A stretch of 64,000 bases of DNA from Eledone cirrhosa (taxonomy: Eukaryota): assembly GCA_964016885.1 (NCBI GenBank), contig OZ024740.1, positions 225,990,001-226,054,000 on the forward strand, written 5' to 3'. The notes beneath the pieces were generated by a model. It ran no database searches, had not been told where the DNA came from, and saw only the letters and a list, made by a program, of their open reading frames with translations. The position numbers and the translations under genes were made by a program. Shown here one piece after another: positions 12,474-27,131 of the stretch (within the stretch, counting starts at the first letter, position 1; the number at the start of each line of letters is the position of its first letter).

Positions 12474-14159
12474 CCATTTCCTCTTCCTATCCTCGGGCCC
12501 CGTTCCCTGGATCTGACTCAAACACCTTTTCTTCCTCCCTGTGATCTCGTTGATGACTAGGAGAGCCACCCTCCACAGCCCAGAGCACTGGGGAGATCAG
12601 GCGGCTGTTTGAGGAACTGGATGTTGAGACAGAGCCCTTCATCAGAGAGGAGCTTCAGAGAGCCAAGAAGAAGATCAAGGAGGGCAAGGCTCATGGAGAA
12701 GATGGAGTGGCATCAGAGGTGATGAAGAGGTGTGATTTTGATGATATCATCCTGGGGTTCTGTAACGGGGCACTGGAGAAAGGAGTTGCCCCGAATCAGT
12801 GGAGGATCAGTAACATCGTCCCAGTGCCAAAGAAGGGAGATCTCTCTAACACCAACAACTACCGGGGGATCTCACTGACGTCACTTGTGGCAAAGACCCT
12901 CAACAGGATGATTCTTAACAGGATCCAGACTGAGATGGAGAAGAAGCTCAGGGACAACCAGAACGGCTTCAGAGAGGGTAGATCAACCACCAGTCACATC
13001 CTGATGCTGAGGAGGATATTAGAGGGAGCTAGAGCAAAGTGCCTTCTTGCGGTCATGGTTTTCATTGACTTTAGGAAGGCCTTTGATTCTGTGGACCGTT
13101 ACTGCCTGATGAAGATCTTACAGGCTTATGGAATCCCCAAGAGGATAGTGGACCTGATATCACTGCTCTACACCAACACCAAAGCCCAAGTCATTACACC
13201 TGATGGGATGACAGAGTTCTTTGAGATACTGGCTGGAGTGCTCCAGGGAGATACATTGGCTCCCTACCTTTTTATCATCGTAGTGGACTATTGTATGCGC
13301 CTTGCACTGGAGAAACACCAGGACTCTGGCTTTACTCTAGCACTGGCTCAGAGCAGGAGAGTTGGGGCGAAAAAGGTATCGGATGCTGAATTTGCCGACG
13401 ACATAGTTTTGGTGACAAATACAGTGAAGGAGGCAGAGGATTTGATGCGGGAGGTTGAGACTGTGTCGATGAGTGTGGGGCTGAGAATGAATGAGACTAA
13501 AACAAAATATCTGGTAGAGAATGTTGAGAAGCCAGAGGGGATCACTAATGTAGGCGGGAAGCCGCTGGAATTGGTTGAGGACTTCCTGTATTTGGGAGCA
13601 AAGATTGGGAATACGGAAGATGATGTGGTTGAGAGGAAGAGCAAGGCCTGGGCGGCGTGTCACAGCTTGAGATCGGTGTGGAAGTTGGACCTTTGTAGAG
13701 ACCTGAGAATCCGCCTCTTCATTGCTGTAGTGGAGTCTGTGCTGCTGTATGGGTCTGAGACTTGGACACTGACCAAGAGACTCACTCAGATGGTGGATGG
13801 GTGCTACACGAGAATGCTGAGGATGGCTCTGAACATTAATCAGTATACACTGAGGATGAAAAACTCAGAGCTGTATGGGAGCATCCCAAAAGTCAGCTCA
13901 AAAGTGACACAGAGGAGACTGAGGTTGGCTGGACATGCTCACCGACATCCAGAGTTGACATTGCACTCAGTGCTCCTTTGGGAGCCCCTACATGGACACA
14001 CTAGAAGAGGAAGACCAAGGTTAACATATGTTGATGCCCTAAGGACAGACACTGGTCTGTTGGAGATGCAGGATATGGCAGCAATAATGAGGGACAGAGA
14101 CCGCAGGAGAGAACTCGTCCATGGATCTCGGGAATTTTACCCGCCTTAGATAGATAGAG
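12474..14159 (+). mobile_element. Young 5'-truncated RTE-like LINE with inverted 5' segment and 11-bp TSD
   Basis: TSD aaccttcttag at 12463-12473 and 14160-14170; inverted coding piece at 12474-12556; sense piece from 12557; (TAGA)3 tail starting at the stop codon. Confidence 0.92.
12557..14149 (+). CDS. Non-LTR retrotransposon reverse transcriptase, 5'-truncated (no endonuclease domain)
   Basis: Uninterrupted frame from 12557 (LGEPP..., in frame with supplied ORF 12707-14149). Motifs: PVPKKGD, NYRGISL, QNGFR, FIDFRKAFDS, GVLQGDTLAPYLF, FADD, FLYLG, LLYGSETW, RGRP. Confidence 0.93.
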   Translation, partial: LGEPPSTAQSTGEIRRLFEELDVETEPFIREELQRAKKKIKEGKAHGEDGVASEVMKRCDFDDIILGFCNGALEKGVAPNQWRISNIVPVPKKGDLSNTNNYRGISLTSLVAKTLNRMILNRIQTEMEKKLRDNQNGFREGRSTTSHILMLRRILEGARAKCLLAVMVFIDFRKAFDSVDRYCLMKILQAYGIPKRIVDLISLLYTNTKAQVITPDGMTEFFEILAGVLQGDTLAPYLFIIVVDYCMRLALEKHQDSGFTLALAQSRRVGAKKVSDAEFADDIVLVTNTVKEAEDLMREVETVSMSVGLRMNETKTKYLVENVEKPEGITNVGGKPLELVEDFLYLGAKIGNTEDDVVERKSKAWAACHSLRSVWKLDLCRDLRIRLFIAVVESVLLYGSETWTLTKRLTQMVDGCYTRMLRMALNINQYTLRMKNSELYGSIPKVSSKVTQRRLRLAGHAHRHPELTLHSVLLWEPLHGHTRRGRPRLTYVDALRTDTGLLEMQDMAAIMRDRDRRRELVHGSREFYPP

Positions 14160-15969
14160 AACCTTCTTAGATAACTGACAACATAATTTGATAAGTTCAT
14201 AAGGCCCTTTGCCCAATAGTTTATAGAAATATATTTACTACAGTTTACTCTTTAGGGGCCAATTCTTGCCTATTCCTCAAATCAAGATTGGATATCTATT
14301 AGAAGAAATATCTTATCTTAATTTGTTAAATTGTTTTGAGAAATCTTGAGAGATTTGGGAATTATTCCTAGATAACTGTTATGTACAAGTCCCAGTCATT
14401 GGTTGTGGGTAGGCATCAATTTAACTGTTAAAAGTATCATTTTTGCAAAAATGATGGTTGTATTATTATTTTATTGCATTAGTTATTCTTTAAGTTTATG
14501 CCTTTAGTTTATATGACACCATTATAATATCTGATTCCACCAACTTTATAATAATCATTGTCTTTCTGCTCCTGAATTTATTTATATTTTATGTATATGT
14601 GTGTGCAAGATATATATAATTTTACCAAGTTTGAGAAAGGAGCATTTATAAAATTGATGGGTTGTTATTAGCAGCATGTTTACCAGTCATGTTGCTGACA
14701 TGCTGTTTGGATGTTTGCCCATTTCTCAGGCATAAAATAGGGGGTCAGCTTATATTTGCGTATACAGATTACTTGAAAAATTCCTAAAATAATTCACTAA
14801 TTTTATGACCACACTATCTTTTTAAGCAAGATCATATGTACCACATGTAACCAATGCTCTTGCTCTCAAAGACCTGAGTTACATCAACTCTGAATCTACC
14901 AGTGACCCTGATATCATTAGGCCATGCGTTTTAAAAGAAATTTTCAACAATCAGGCTGATTCAGCTTGGGAATTACATTAAAAATACACGTGTCTGTGGA
15001 ATATTCAGCCACTTGTATGATAATTAGAAAGTTAGCTGTTCATCTGATTGAATAATTGAATGCACATTGTCAAAAGCAATGAATGTTTCATCATATATAT
15101 TTACACAACATTGTCCAGAATTACATTACAGAATCTATCATCAATACATGTTAGCATGGAAAAACAGTTATAATGTGGCCCTGATGATGATGACAACAAC
15201 AAAGGCAATGAAAGTAATGATGATGTCCATGAAGGTGACAATGATAATTGATTCATTGATTTTTTTTTATTGTTTATTCACATTCGTCAGATAGTTGTTT
15301 TAAATCATGCTGAGTAATGTTTAACACCTATGAAATATCAAACTAGATTTCAAATGGAAGTGAAATAATTCACAAGTTTCCTCAAAATTATATTGTTTTA
15401 GCCATTTGTTTTATTTCATGAAAACCATAAAATATATGCTCTCTTTTAATATATATTTAAAACTTTTTCAATATTACCACCAAAACACTCTGCTTCCAAT
15501 TTCATAGGATTCATGTTAACAATTGCTATATCTAACAAAATCATTGAAAACATTTCATTTCTGGTCTTAGTCGTTTTTAAATTTGTGTTTTCTTAAGTCT
15601 TATAGAGGACATGACACCCTTTCTTGTGTTAGAGCACTGATTAAATACACCCAGTACACTCAGTGGTTGATGATCAAATAGAGACAATGCAAGGTAGAGT
15701 GTTCTTTATCTTTGTCAAAACCAAAGTCACCTTTTTCATACTATTGCCAGAACAAAGTGCATCGAGTATAGCTTGCTAAGTGATTGCTTTTAGGAAATGC
15801 ATCCAGCAGTAGAATCATACTAAAAAATGGAACATATTAGATGCATTTCTCTGATCCATCGAGGAGGGCAGTAACTCTAAATAAGGATTAATTCAAACCT
15901 TTGCAACTGTCCAATTCATTCCAGCATGGACAGTGGGTATAAAATGATGATGATAATATGTAATATGTA

Positions 15970-16245
15970 GCAGCACATGGCCTAGTAGTAAGGATGTTGG
16001 ACTTATGATCATAAAGTTGTTGTTCGATCCTTGGGCTGGTTTATGTGTTGTTTTTTTGAGCAAAATACATCATTTCACGTTGCTCAGCTAAAAATGTGTA
16101 CCTGCAATAGGTGGGAGCTTAACCTTGCTATGGGCTGGCATCCTGTCCAAGGGGGGTGGGAAGTCTTGTATTCTCAGTCACTTCATGCCACAGAACCACG
16201 ATAAGCACTCGCCTGATGAGCCTCCTGGATTGAGATAGACTTTCT
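15970..16245 (+). mobile_element. Diverged tRNA-headed SINE (family B-related head and core)
   Basis: A-box-like tggcctagtag, B-box-like gttcgatcc, core ttgagcaaaatacatcatttcac; a similar copy lies at 17180-17420. Confidence 0.65.
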
Positions 16246-18663
16246 ATATGGAATATAAATTATATATGAAATACAAGTGATCTTGAAATCTTTAATAATT
16301 CTATCTTTACAATTCTGTAAATTCTGAAATTAAAATCAAGTTTTTAATGTTCTGTAGAATCTTGCATTGAAATCAATGAAAGTGAAACTGAAAGAAAAGC
16401 CATAATTCTTTTATTTTATTGTTTGTTGTTTTATTTTGTGATTTTCATATTTAGTAAAACTAACGCAATTCAAATAAAACTAAGTCTATCTTGAAATAAT
16501 CAAATTTCTGTATCATCCATTAATATTTGACTCTTGGTATCGAATGTTTTGAATTTCAGCTGCAAGATCTGAAACAGAAACAGCTAAATATTTTCTCCAC
16601 GAATGCAAAGCTCTGAAGGAATCTAAACCTGCTAGAAATAGCAGCCAAATGTTTCTCAAATAACATCCGATTGTTTTTCTTTAAAAAAAAAAAAGACACA
16701 TTGTGAAATGTGATGACAGATGTACACAACAGATAAGATGTTCTTAACCTACAGTCCTATTAAGCCTACACCTGTGTTGGCTCAACCAACTCATGAGCAG
16801 TTTCTTATGTGTTTAATGAAAGGGGCCTCAGGTCTTTCATACCTCCATTTTTCTGGTGACAAGCAGTGAAATTTAAACTCAGAATTTACAGAGCTAGAGT
16901 ACATACTAAAACGTATTCCACCTGGTGCCCTAACAATTTTGTCAATCCATGTTCTAGACTTTATCAATCCCAAAAGTTGACCTCAACAGAAATTAAATTC
17001 AGAAAGCTGCAACAAATACCATAAGGCATTTAATCCAATGCTCTAACAACTTTACCAATTGACTACCTTCATAACTGGAATTCCTATGATTATAACTCCA
17101 TGCAATTAGGGCTGACCTGAAGCTGAACACCAACAAACAAATCTCGTAGTTATTGAGACTATTGCAAATCCTACTTTAGTGAAGCCACAAGATCTAATGG
17201 TTAGGATACTGGACTAAGAATCACAACATTGTCGGTTTGATTCCTGCTCAGGGTGCTGTATTGTATTCTTGAGCAAAACACTTTATTTCACATTACTCCA
17301 GTATACTCAGCTGAGAATAAGTACAAGCAGTAGCTGGGGAGTTAAACCTGCAATAGACTGGTATCCTGTCTCAAACTGGTGATAAGCACCAATTAGATGA
17401 GCCTTCAGCTTAGAACAGACTTTAGTTTTTTTCCACTGCCCACCTGTATAGTAAATATTCAAAAGCATACCAAAAATATTTGGTGAAAGTTTGTTGCTGG
17501 TTCATTATTCCTATTTAGCCTCCTGCTTTGGTTTTTTTATTGTTTATATAGTTTCTTTGTATATCTCCTTTGGATATTTCTTTTCAGGCAGCATATGTTG
17601 AAATACATTCTTAATACTCAAAATCCTATGTCATCTAACAAAATATTCAATCACCAACCATTTTCTGTTCAGGTGCTCATTGTCTGCACAAAAGTTGAAA
17701 TCGTCCACCCTCAACTTGGCCAATGTAACTAAGTCCTTTTCCCCATTTCTCTCTCCATTGCCATCTTCTGTCCCTAAATAGATTCCAAGCCAGTATCCTA
17801 ATTCCCATAGTCAATGAATATGATATGACATCTTCTATGCTTTCTTACTTCAGGTAAAAATCTTTCAAATTTACAGCAGCTATTCTCTGTGATTTTAAGC
17901 TGGAGTCTTAATCCCATGAGTTTCAGGTTTGCTGCCTAACTCTTTGAAATATATTGTTTTGAATGTTTAACCCTAGGTCAACTCTGATCAGGCAGATTTA
18001 TAGTCATAAGAATGCTAGGTATGAGAAGTATGTCTTTTCAGAGTTATCAAAAATTGATTATCTTATCATTTTCTTATTTTTAAAGATGGTAGAGTACGAT
18101 TTGGGGTAGATAAAGATGTCATTTGTCTACATATAGGCTTCCCTCCGCTTAGGTCTACCTGTGAGGAGGTTTATACTTCCTTTACACAATCTTTTGGAAA
18201 CTGTTATCTAACCCTAGGTAAACCCCAAGCAGATTTGTGATCAAAAGAAGTCTTAACACAAAAATCCTGTGTTTTTTTTAGAGTTATCTAAATAAAACAA
18301 TCTTATTATTGTATGCCCATTTATTAAAATAGATGGTAGGGCATGATTTGAGAGATACTTAGCTATCATATCTAGCACCTCAATCAACCACATAGATTCC
18401 TTCATCATTAGCTATTCTGAAATACATATTAGATCTATCTGTGATAGGCTAGCATCTTGTCCCAAAAGTGATTTATCCCTCCTTTATTTAATCTTTTTAT
18501 AGCTGACCTAAACATTGGCACTTATGGATCTCTTGTAGATTTAGTGACATTTGGCATTTTGAGGACATCGTATTATTTCATTTACTTCAAAGTATGCATA
18601 TTGGTTCTCTGCCATTCAAAGTTAAGAGGAGAGGTCTCATCTTTAGGCATCATATACGTAGAT

Positions 18664-18718
<55 letters not shown>

Positions 18719-18991
18719 TACACTTGCACACCACACACAAAAACAAAAAAAAAGATCTTTGTTGGCACCAAGGGTTTAAAGTTGCCTTTTTTTGTTTTTC
18801 GCCCCAGTTTGTCATTTATGGATAATCCTCTCAAAGGTTATAAAACTGTCCTGTCTCTTGGTGACATGAAGAAAAACTGCATGAATTCATTACAAATAGA
18901 AAAACAGCACCACACCACCACCACCATCAGAGACAGTAGGGTCATCAATTATAAGGATATATATATATATATATATATATTTGTGTGTGTG

Positions 18992-19028
<37 letters not shown>

Positions 19029-19129
19029 ATAAATACACACATGCACACACATACACGTGTTTGTATTAGAATATAAACACACACACATATATTCATATAC
19101 ATAATATAAATAATATGCACACAACACAG

Positions 19130-19179
<50 letters not shown>

Positions 19180-19645
19180 TCATACAGACACACACACACA
19201 TATACATACATAAAATATAGATAAATTGGAGAAAAGAAAGACAGTGATTATTTTGATGGTGTCATATAAACTGAAGGCATAAACTTAAAGAAAAAATAAT
19301 GCAATAAAATAATAATATGACTTTTTTTGGCAAAATGATTCTTTTAACAGTTAAATTCTTCCATTGACACCTACCCACAAGCACAACGATGACTGGGACT
19401 TGAACACCACTAAAACCTGCAGAACTAAAAGATGATACATTTAGAAAGTTGGACAGCTGCTATTAATATGTCAATCTCCAGTGAGCCAGAGGAATAGTGT
19501 TTATTTAACATGATAATAGCCTCTGCATCCCTGTCACCACTATCACCCTTTTACCTGCACTAGCAGCAGCAGCAGCAGCAGCAGCGCATCCCATCCCTCA
19601 CCAGTGACTCATTCATAGACAAGTGATTTTCTGCTGTGACAATTT

Positions 19646-20265
<620 letters not shown>

Positions 20266-20744
20266 TTATATTTTGTCTAATTTTGAATTCTGTTCATAAC
20301 TTGACCCTCTATTGGTAAAAGCTAACATGTGTCCCCCTAATCTCTCCTACCTCCTCGTCATTCTCCCCTCTTACAGGTTCTACACACTGACACCAACTGC
20401 CCCTATTCTGTATACCAATACCATCACCACTTACTTGCCCCGCCCCCTGTACTCTTCTCGCTCACACCCATATCTCCTCACTTCTTTTTCACTACCTCTT
20501 TATCTTTTCTCCATTATTTGGTTACACCCTTCCTCTTTATGAGGTTGCCAACCACCCATACCCTTGGTTTTCTTCCTTCTTTCTTACCCATCATATACCC
20601 CCACCCAACTTCCATTGCAAGCACTTGCTTGCTTGCCACACGCACAACCACTACCATGAACAATGACCACCAACACCACCACCATCACCTCCACTGCAGC
20701 CCCTCTTCTCCCTCCATTTCTGATACCACTGCTATTATTTAGCC

Positions 20745-23700
20745 TCATACCTCAGCTTCACACTACCCCTCTCTAGTTTCACCCATCATACCTCAGCTTC
20801 ACACTACCCCTCTCTAGTTTCACCCATCATACCTCAGCTTCACACTACCCCTCTCTAGTTTCACCCATCATACCTCAGCTTCACACTACCCCTCTCTAGT
20901 TTCACCCACCATACATCAGCCTCCCACTACCCCTCTCTAGTTTCACCCATCATACCTCAGCCTCATACTACCCCTCTCTAGTTGCATCCACCTTACCTCA
21001 GCCTCATACTACCCCTCTCTAGTTTCACCCACCTTACCTCAACCTCACACTACCCCTCTCTAGTTTCACCCATCATACCTCAACCTCACACTACCCCTCT
21101 CTAGTTTCACCCACCCTACCTCAACCTCACACTACCCCTCTCTAGTTTCATCCACCTTACCTCAGCCTCACACTACCCCTCTCTAGTTTCACCCACCTTA
21201 CCTCAACCTCACACTACCCCTCTCTAGTTTCACCCATCATACCTCAGCCTCACACTACCCCTCTCTAGTTTCACCCATCATACCTCAGCCTCACACTACC
21301 CCTCTCTAGTTTCACCCATCATACCTCAACCTCACACTACCCCTCTCTAGTTTCACCCATCATACCTCAGCCTCACACTATCCCTCTCGTGTTTCACCCA
21401 TCATATCTCAGCCTCACACTACCCCTCTCTAGTTTCACCCACCTTACCTCAGCTTCACACTACCCCTCTCTAGTTTCACCCATCATACCTCAGCCTCACA
21501 CTACCCCTCTCTAGTTTCACCCACCTTACATCAGCCCCACACTACCCCTCTTTAGTTGCATCCACCATACCTCAGCCTCACACTACCCCTCTCTAGTTTC
21601 ACCCACCTTACCTCAGCCTCATACTACCCCTCTCGAGTTGCATCCATCATACCTCAGCCTCATACTACCCCTCTCTAGTTTCACCCACCTTACCTCATCT
21701 TCACACTACCCCTCTCTAGTTTCACCCACCATACCTCAACCTCACACTACCCCTCTCTAGTTTCACCCATCATACCTCAGCCTCACACTACCCCTCTCTA
21801 GTTTCACCCACCTTACATCAGCCCCACACTACCCCTCTTTAGTTGCATCCACCATACCTCAGCCTCACACTACCCCTCTCTAGTTGCATCCACCTTACCT
21901 CAGCCTCATACTACCCCTCTCTAGTTTCACCCATCATACCTCAGCTTCACACTACCCCTCTCTAGTTTCACCCATCATACCTCAGCTTCACACTACCCCT
22001 CTCTAGTTTCACCCATCATACCTCAGCTTCACACTACCCCTCTCTAGTTTCACCCACCATACATCAGCCTCCCACTACCCCTCTCTAGTTTCACCCATCA
22101 TACCTCAGCCTCATACTACCCCTCTCTAGTTGCATCCACCTTACCTCAGCCTCATACTACCCCTCTCTAGTTTCACCCACCTTACCTCAACCTCACACTA
22201 CCCCTCTCTAGTTTCACCCATCATACCTCAACCTCACACTACCCCTCTCTAGTTTCACCCACCTTACCTCAGCCTCACACTACCCCTCTCTAGTTTCACC
22301 CACCTTAACTCAGCCTCACACTACCCCTCTCTAGTTTCACCCACCATACCTCAACCTCACATTACCCCTCTCTAGTTTCACCCACCTTACCTCAACCTCA
22401 CACTACACCTCTCTAGTTTCACCCCTCATACCTCAACCTCACACTACCCCTCTTTAGTTTCACCCCTCATACCTCAACCTCACACTACCCCTCTTTAGTT
22501 TCACCCCTCATACCTCAACCTCACACTACCCCTCTCTAGTTTCACCCACCCTACCTCAACCTCACACTACCCCTCTCTAGTTTCATCCACCTTACCTCAG
22601 CCTCACACTACCCCTCTCTAGTTCCACCCACCTTACCTCAACCTCACACTACCCCTCTCTAGTTTCACCCTTCATACCTCAACCTCACACTACCCCTCTC
22701 TAGTTTCACCCATCATACCTCAGCCTCACACTATCCCTCTCGTGTTTCACCCATCATACCTCAGCCTCACACTACCCCTCTCTAGTTTCACCCACCTTAC
22801 CTCAGCTTCACACTACCCCTCTCTAGTTTCACCCATCATACCTCAGCCTCACACTACCCCTCTCTAGTTTCACCCACCTTACATCAGCCCCACACTACCC
22901 CTCTTTAGTTGCATCCACCATACCTCAGCCTCACACTACCCCTCTCTAGTTTCACCCACCATTACCTCAGTCTCATACTACCCCTCTCGAGTTGCATCCA
23001 TCATACCTCAGCCTCATACTACCCCTCTCTAGTTTCACCCACCTTACCTCATCTTCACACTACCCCTCTCTAGTTTCACCCACCATACCTCAACCTCACA
23101 CTACCCCTCTCTAGTTTCACCCATCATACCTCAGCCTCACACTACCCCTCTCTAGTTTCACCCACCTTACATCAGCCTCACACTACCCCTCTTTAGTTGC
23201 ATCCACCATACCTCAGCCTCACACTACCCCTCTCTAGTTTCACCCATCATACCTCAACCTCACACTACCCCTCTCTAGTTTCACCCATCATACCTCAGCC
23301 TCACACTATCCCTCTCGTGTTTCACCCATCATATCTCAGCCTCACACTACCCCTCTCTAGTTTCACCCACCTTACCTCAGCCTCATACTACCCCTCTCGA
23401 GTTGCATCCATCATACCTCAGCCTCATACTACCCCTCTCTAGTTTCACCCACCATACCTCAACCTCACACTACCCCTCTCTAGTTTCACCCACCTTACCT
23501 CATCTTCACACTACCCCTCTCTAGTTTCCCCCATCATACCTCAGCCTCACACTACCCCTCTCTAGTTTCACCCACCTTACATCAGCTCCACACTACCCCT
23601 CTCTAGTTGCATCCACCATACCTCAGCCTCACACTACCCCTCTCTAGTTTCACCCACCTTACCTCATCTTCACACTACCCCTCTCTAGTTTCCCCCATCA

Positions 23701-24012
23701 TACCTCAGCCTCACACTACCCCTCTCTAGTTTCACCCACCTTACCTCAGCCTCATACTACCCCTCTCGAGTTGCATCCATCATACATCAGCCTCACACTA
23801 CCCCTCTCTAGTTTCACCCACCTTACCTCATCTTCACACTACCCCTCTCTAGTTTCCCCCATCATACCTCAGCCTCACACTACCCCTCTCTAGTTTCACC
23901 CATCATACCTCAGCCTCACACTACCCCTCTCTAGTTGCATCCACCTTACATCAGCCTCACACTACCCCTCTCTAGTTGCATCCACCATACCTCAGCCCCA
24001 CACTACCCCTCC
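20745..24012. repeat. 41-bp minisatellite, ~80 copies, with higher-order duplication
   Basis: Unit atacctcagcctcacactacccctctctagtttcacccatc; period 41 (20761 to 20802). A rare variant, acatcagcctccc, recurs at 20913 and 22061 (28 units apart). Confidence 0.98.
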
Positions 24013-26364
24013 AATGGTTATGTGTCGCATACATTAGATTAGAATTAATTGTCTCCACTGCCTGTCCTACTCTGCCCAAGTAACTTTGCTGCACATCCCA
24101 GAACCAACCAAGAAGACAGTGTGTTGGAGAGTGGTGGTGGGGTTATTAGCTTGACTGTGAAGTGTGTGGTAGAGGTGGAGGAGCTGACAAGCCAGCCAGT
24201 GCACATGCATGTTTTTATTACCATTATCAAGCTGGTGTAACTATGATGCTGGTGGTGGTGGTGGTGAAGAGACAGAAAATCCCCCGTAAATCACCGATAA
24301 CTGGCCAACCATCATCTTTCTTCTCCACACCTACCCATCTTATGAGAGCAGGGAGCATTACTCCAGCTAGCCTCTCCTCACCTCACACCACATCCTTCAT
24401 ACCTAGACTTTACTTTCTCCATACATACACACACGCACACACACACATACAGACAGACAAACACATATATACATTTATATATATATATATATATACACAC
24501 ACACATGGTGGGTGGATAAGGGTAGCATAACTTTTAGCTCTGAAGTATTTCCCACCACCACCACCACCCTCACCCTCGCCTCCAACCTGCCAACTTAAAT
24601 ATGACCATCATCACAAGCAGCATCCTTTCATATCAGAATTACTATCATCACCATCATCATCATCACCAATACCACTAAATTCAGCAACATCAACTCCAAT
24701 AGCCCTTTACAGATATAGATGCCCACATATATTATGTAGGTAATGGTAGTATAAATCTCTCTTCGTTCTCAAGCACCTCCCCTGCCAACTTAAATGTGGC
24801 CATCATCACAAACAATTCCTTTTCTTACCAAAATTATTATCATCATATTCCTCACTAACCTACAGCAACAGCAACACCAACAGCAACCCGCGATGACACT
24901 TAGTTACTCCTTTAGAACTCCACTTATTCCTTAAAATCCTACCCACTTCTTTTACTTCTACCTCCACTCCAGTTCACCACACACCATCCCTCTACACATA
25001 AACTCCACCATTGCAATTCCTCTTGACAAGACAGTATAATGTGAATAAATGTGAGAACAGAATTTTTCAGAATGGGGTATGTTTGGTGGTGGTAGGGCTA
25101 GTTATATGTTGGGGTTGGGGGTTGAGATTGGTTAGTCAGTGTGAGTGAGTAGGGAGGAAATTATAGGGATATGTGGTGTGGCTGGAATATGAGGGTGTTG
25201 GAGAATGTGGCTGTAGAGGTTTGTATTAATCCCTAAATATTTGTGTTGGATAAGTTGAAATATCTCACAATTCATTGTTGGATTTAAATGCATAGACACT
25301 GCTTTGTCATTAACCACCCAAACTCAATATCCTCGTTTATGGTGCTGTCGTTAATTTTAGATAAAAATACAGAATAAATAACAACATTTTCTCAGTAAAA
25401 TTATTATTGATCTCTCAAAATATGTATTAAAAGAAATGAGAATAAAATAAGAGAATTATATAGTGGAATTACTAACAATTATTTTGAGCTAATGAGGGAA
25501 GGATCTGATATAGATCACACAATGTGTTAGAAACCACAGCTAAATGTCCCTCAACTTAACAAATTGGCAGAGTTGTTAGAGTATAAAACAAAATACCTTC
25601 AGGCATTTGTTCTGACTCTAGGAAGGCAAATTTGTCAGTCATCTTTTCCGGGTCCTTAAAATAAAGTACTAGTCCAAGTCCAAGGTAAACGATTGGTAAA
25701 AGTGTTATTGTTGGATGAGATTCCTTGCTGTATTTGACCAGGGTTTTTGGTTCAGTCTTCAAATCCTGCTCTGGCCTAGTTGGGTGGTAGACTTAATTTG
25801 TTGCCCAATTTAGTAGCATCACCTGAACTTTGGGTGCCTTTTGCAAACCCTATTCTGTTGCAGGCATGCAAACTAGGTCTCCAGTTTGTGGATACTATCC
25901 TTCCACCCTCCTACCAGAGGACATAAGCACTGCTCTTCACTCTTTGACTAAACAGTAACAAAAATCTAATAACTAATCTCTTGAAAGAGGATAATATAGT
26001 TCTAGATACAGTTTGTCTATATGAGAAGCAAGGTACTCATGGCCAGAGATGATTTGATCATACATCTGTTAAATTAAGATCCTCCAGACAATAGCTAACA
26101 ATTAATGAAGATATATAGTGAAAATGATATAGATTCATCTGAGAAATAAACAGAGAACATGGAATAGGTGCTGGTGAGGAAGCAGAATATGAAGGCCTCA
26201 TCAAAATCAATAAGGTCATAGGCTATGATGAAAGAACTTAGACAAATCAAATAATCCATTAAATAATTACTAAATCAATTGATAATAAAGCTAAAGTGAA
26301 GTACAACCAGTGGGTGTGGCATTATTGACAATATGTCCTGCCCAAAATATAATAATTATAACAA

Positions 26365-26424
<60 letters not shown>

Positions 26425-27131
26425 TAAAAGGAAAAGAAAATGCTGACAAATTGTTCCCAGTGAAAAATAGTTTAATTAGGAATAAGTAAAAATTAGTAAT
26501 AAGTATTGGTTAGTATTCAGTTTTGGTTTTAAGTTTTACCGGTTGCGCATTTCTAATGCTTTTCAAAAATAATTTTGAGATAGAGCGCTCGTGATGTTTG
26601 CTCTAATCTGATTAGTTTTGGAAATTCTACCTGTTTTATGTAAAAAAATGTGGCTCCAGATGTATGAAAAAATTCTTGTGGTCAAAACAATTTTGTTTGG
26701 TCGGTAGAGGTCATGTGAATGTTAAAAATTGATTTTGCGCCAAATGTCTCTTTGTATGTTAATGTACGCTTGTGTATGTGTGTGCGAAATATATGTGTGT
26801 GTGTATATATATACACACACACATATATAAAAACAACAGAAGGCCAGCTCAAAATATTCTTTAATGTTTCAAAAACACTATGTATTTGGTAGAGGATGCC
26901 TCATCTATGATGGAAGATTTGTATAATGTTGAGTGCTTTACAGTATTACATTACGATTTGTTCACAAGAATGATCAAATCTACCCACTGGTAAACCATAC
27001 AACATAAATAGTATACATATATATTTGAAAATGAACGAACAAACACAGGAGGCAAATTTACACAGTTATATTAGGTTCAGTAGAAATTGTTTTGGTAAAA
27101 ACAGAAGCAAGCAGATGAAAGCTCTCTACAT

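Noticed and set aside
20745-24012. CRISPR array or repetitive protein
   Set aside because: Contiguous 41-bp units with no spacers; the period is not a multiple of 3 and no long ORF spans it.
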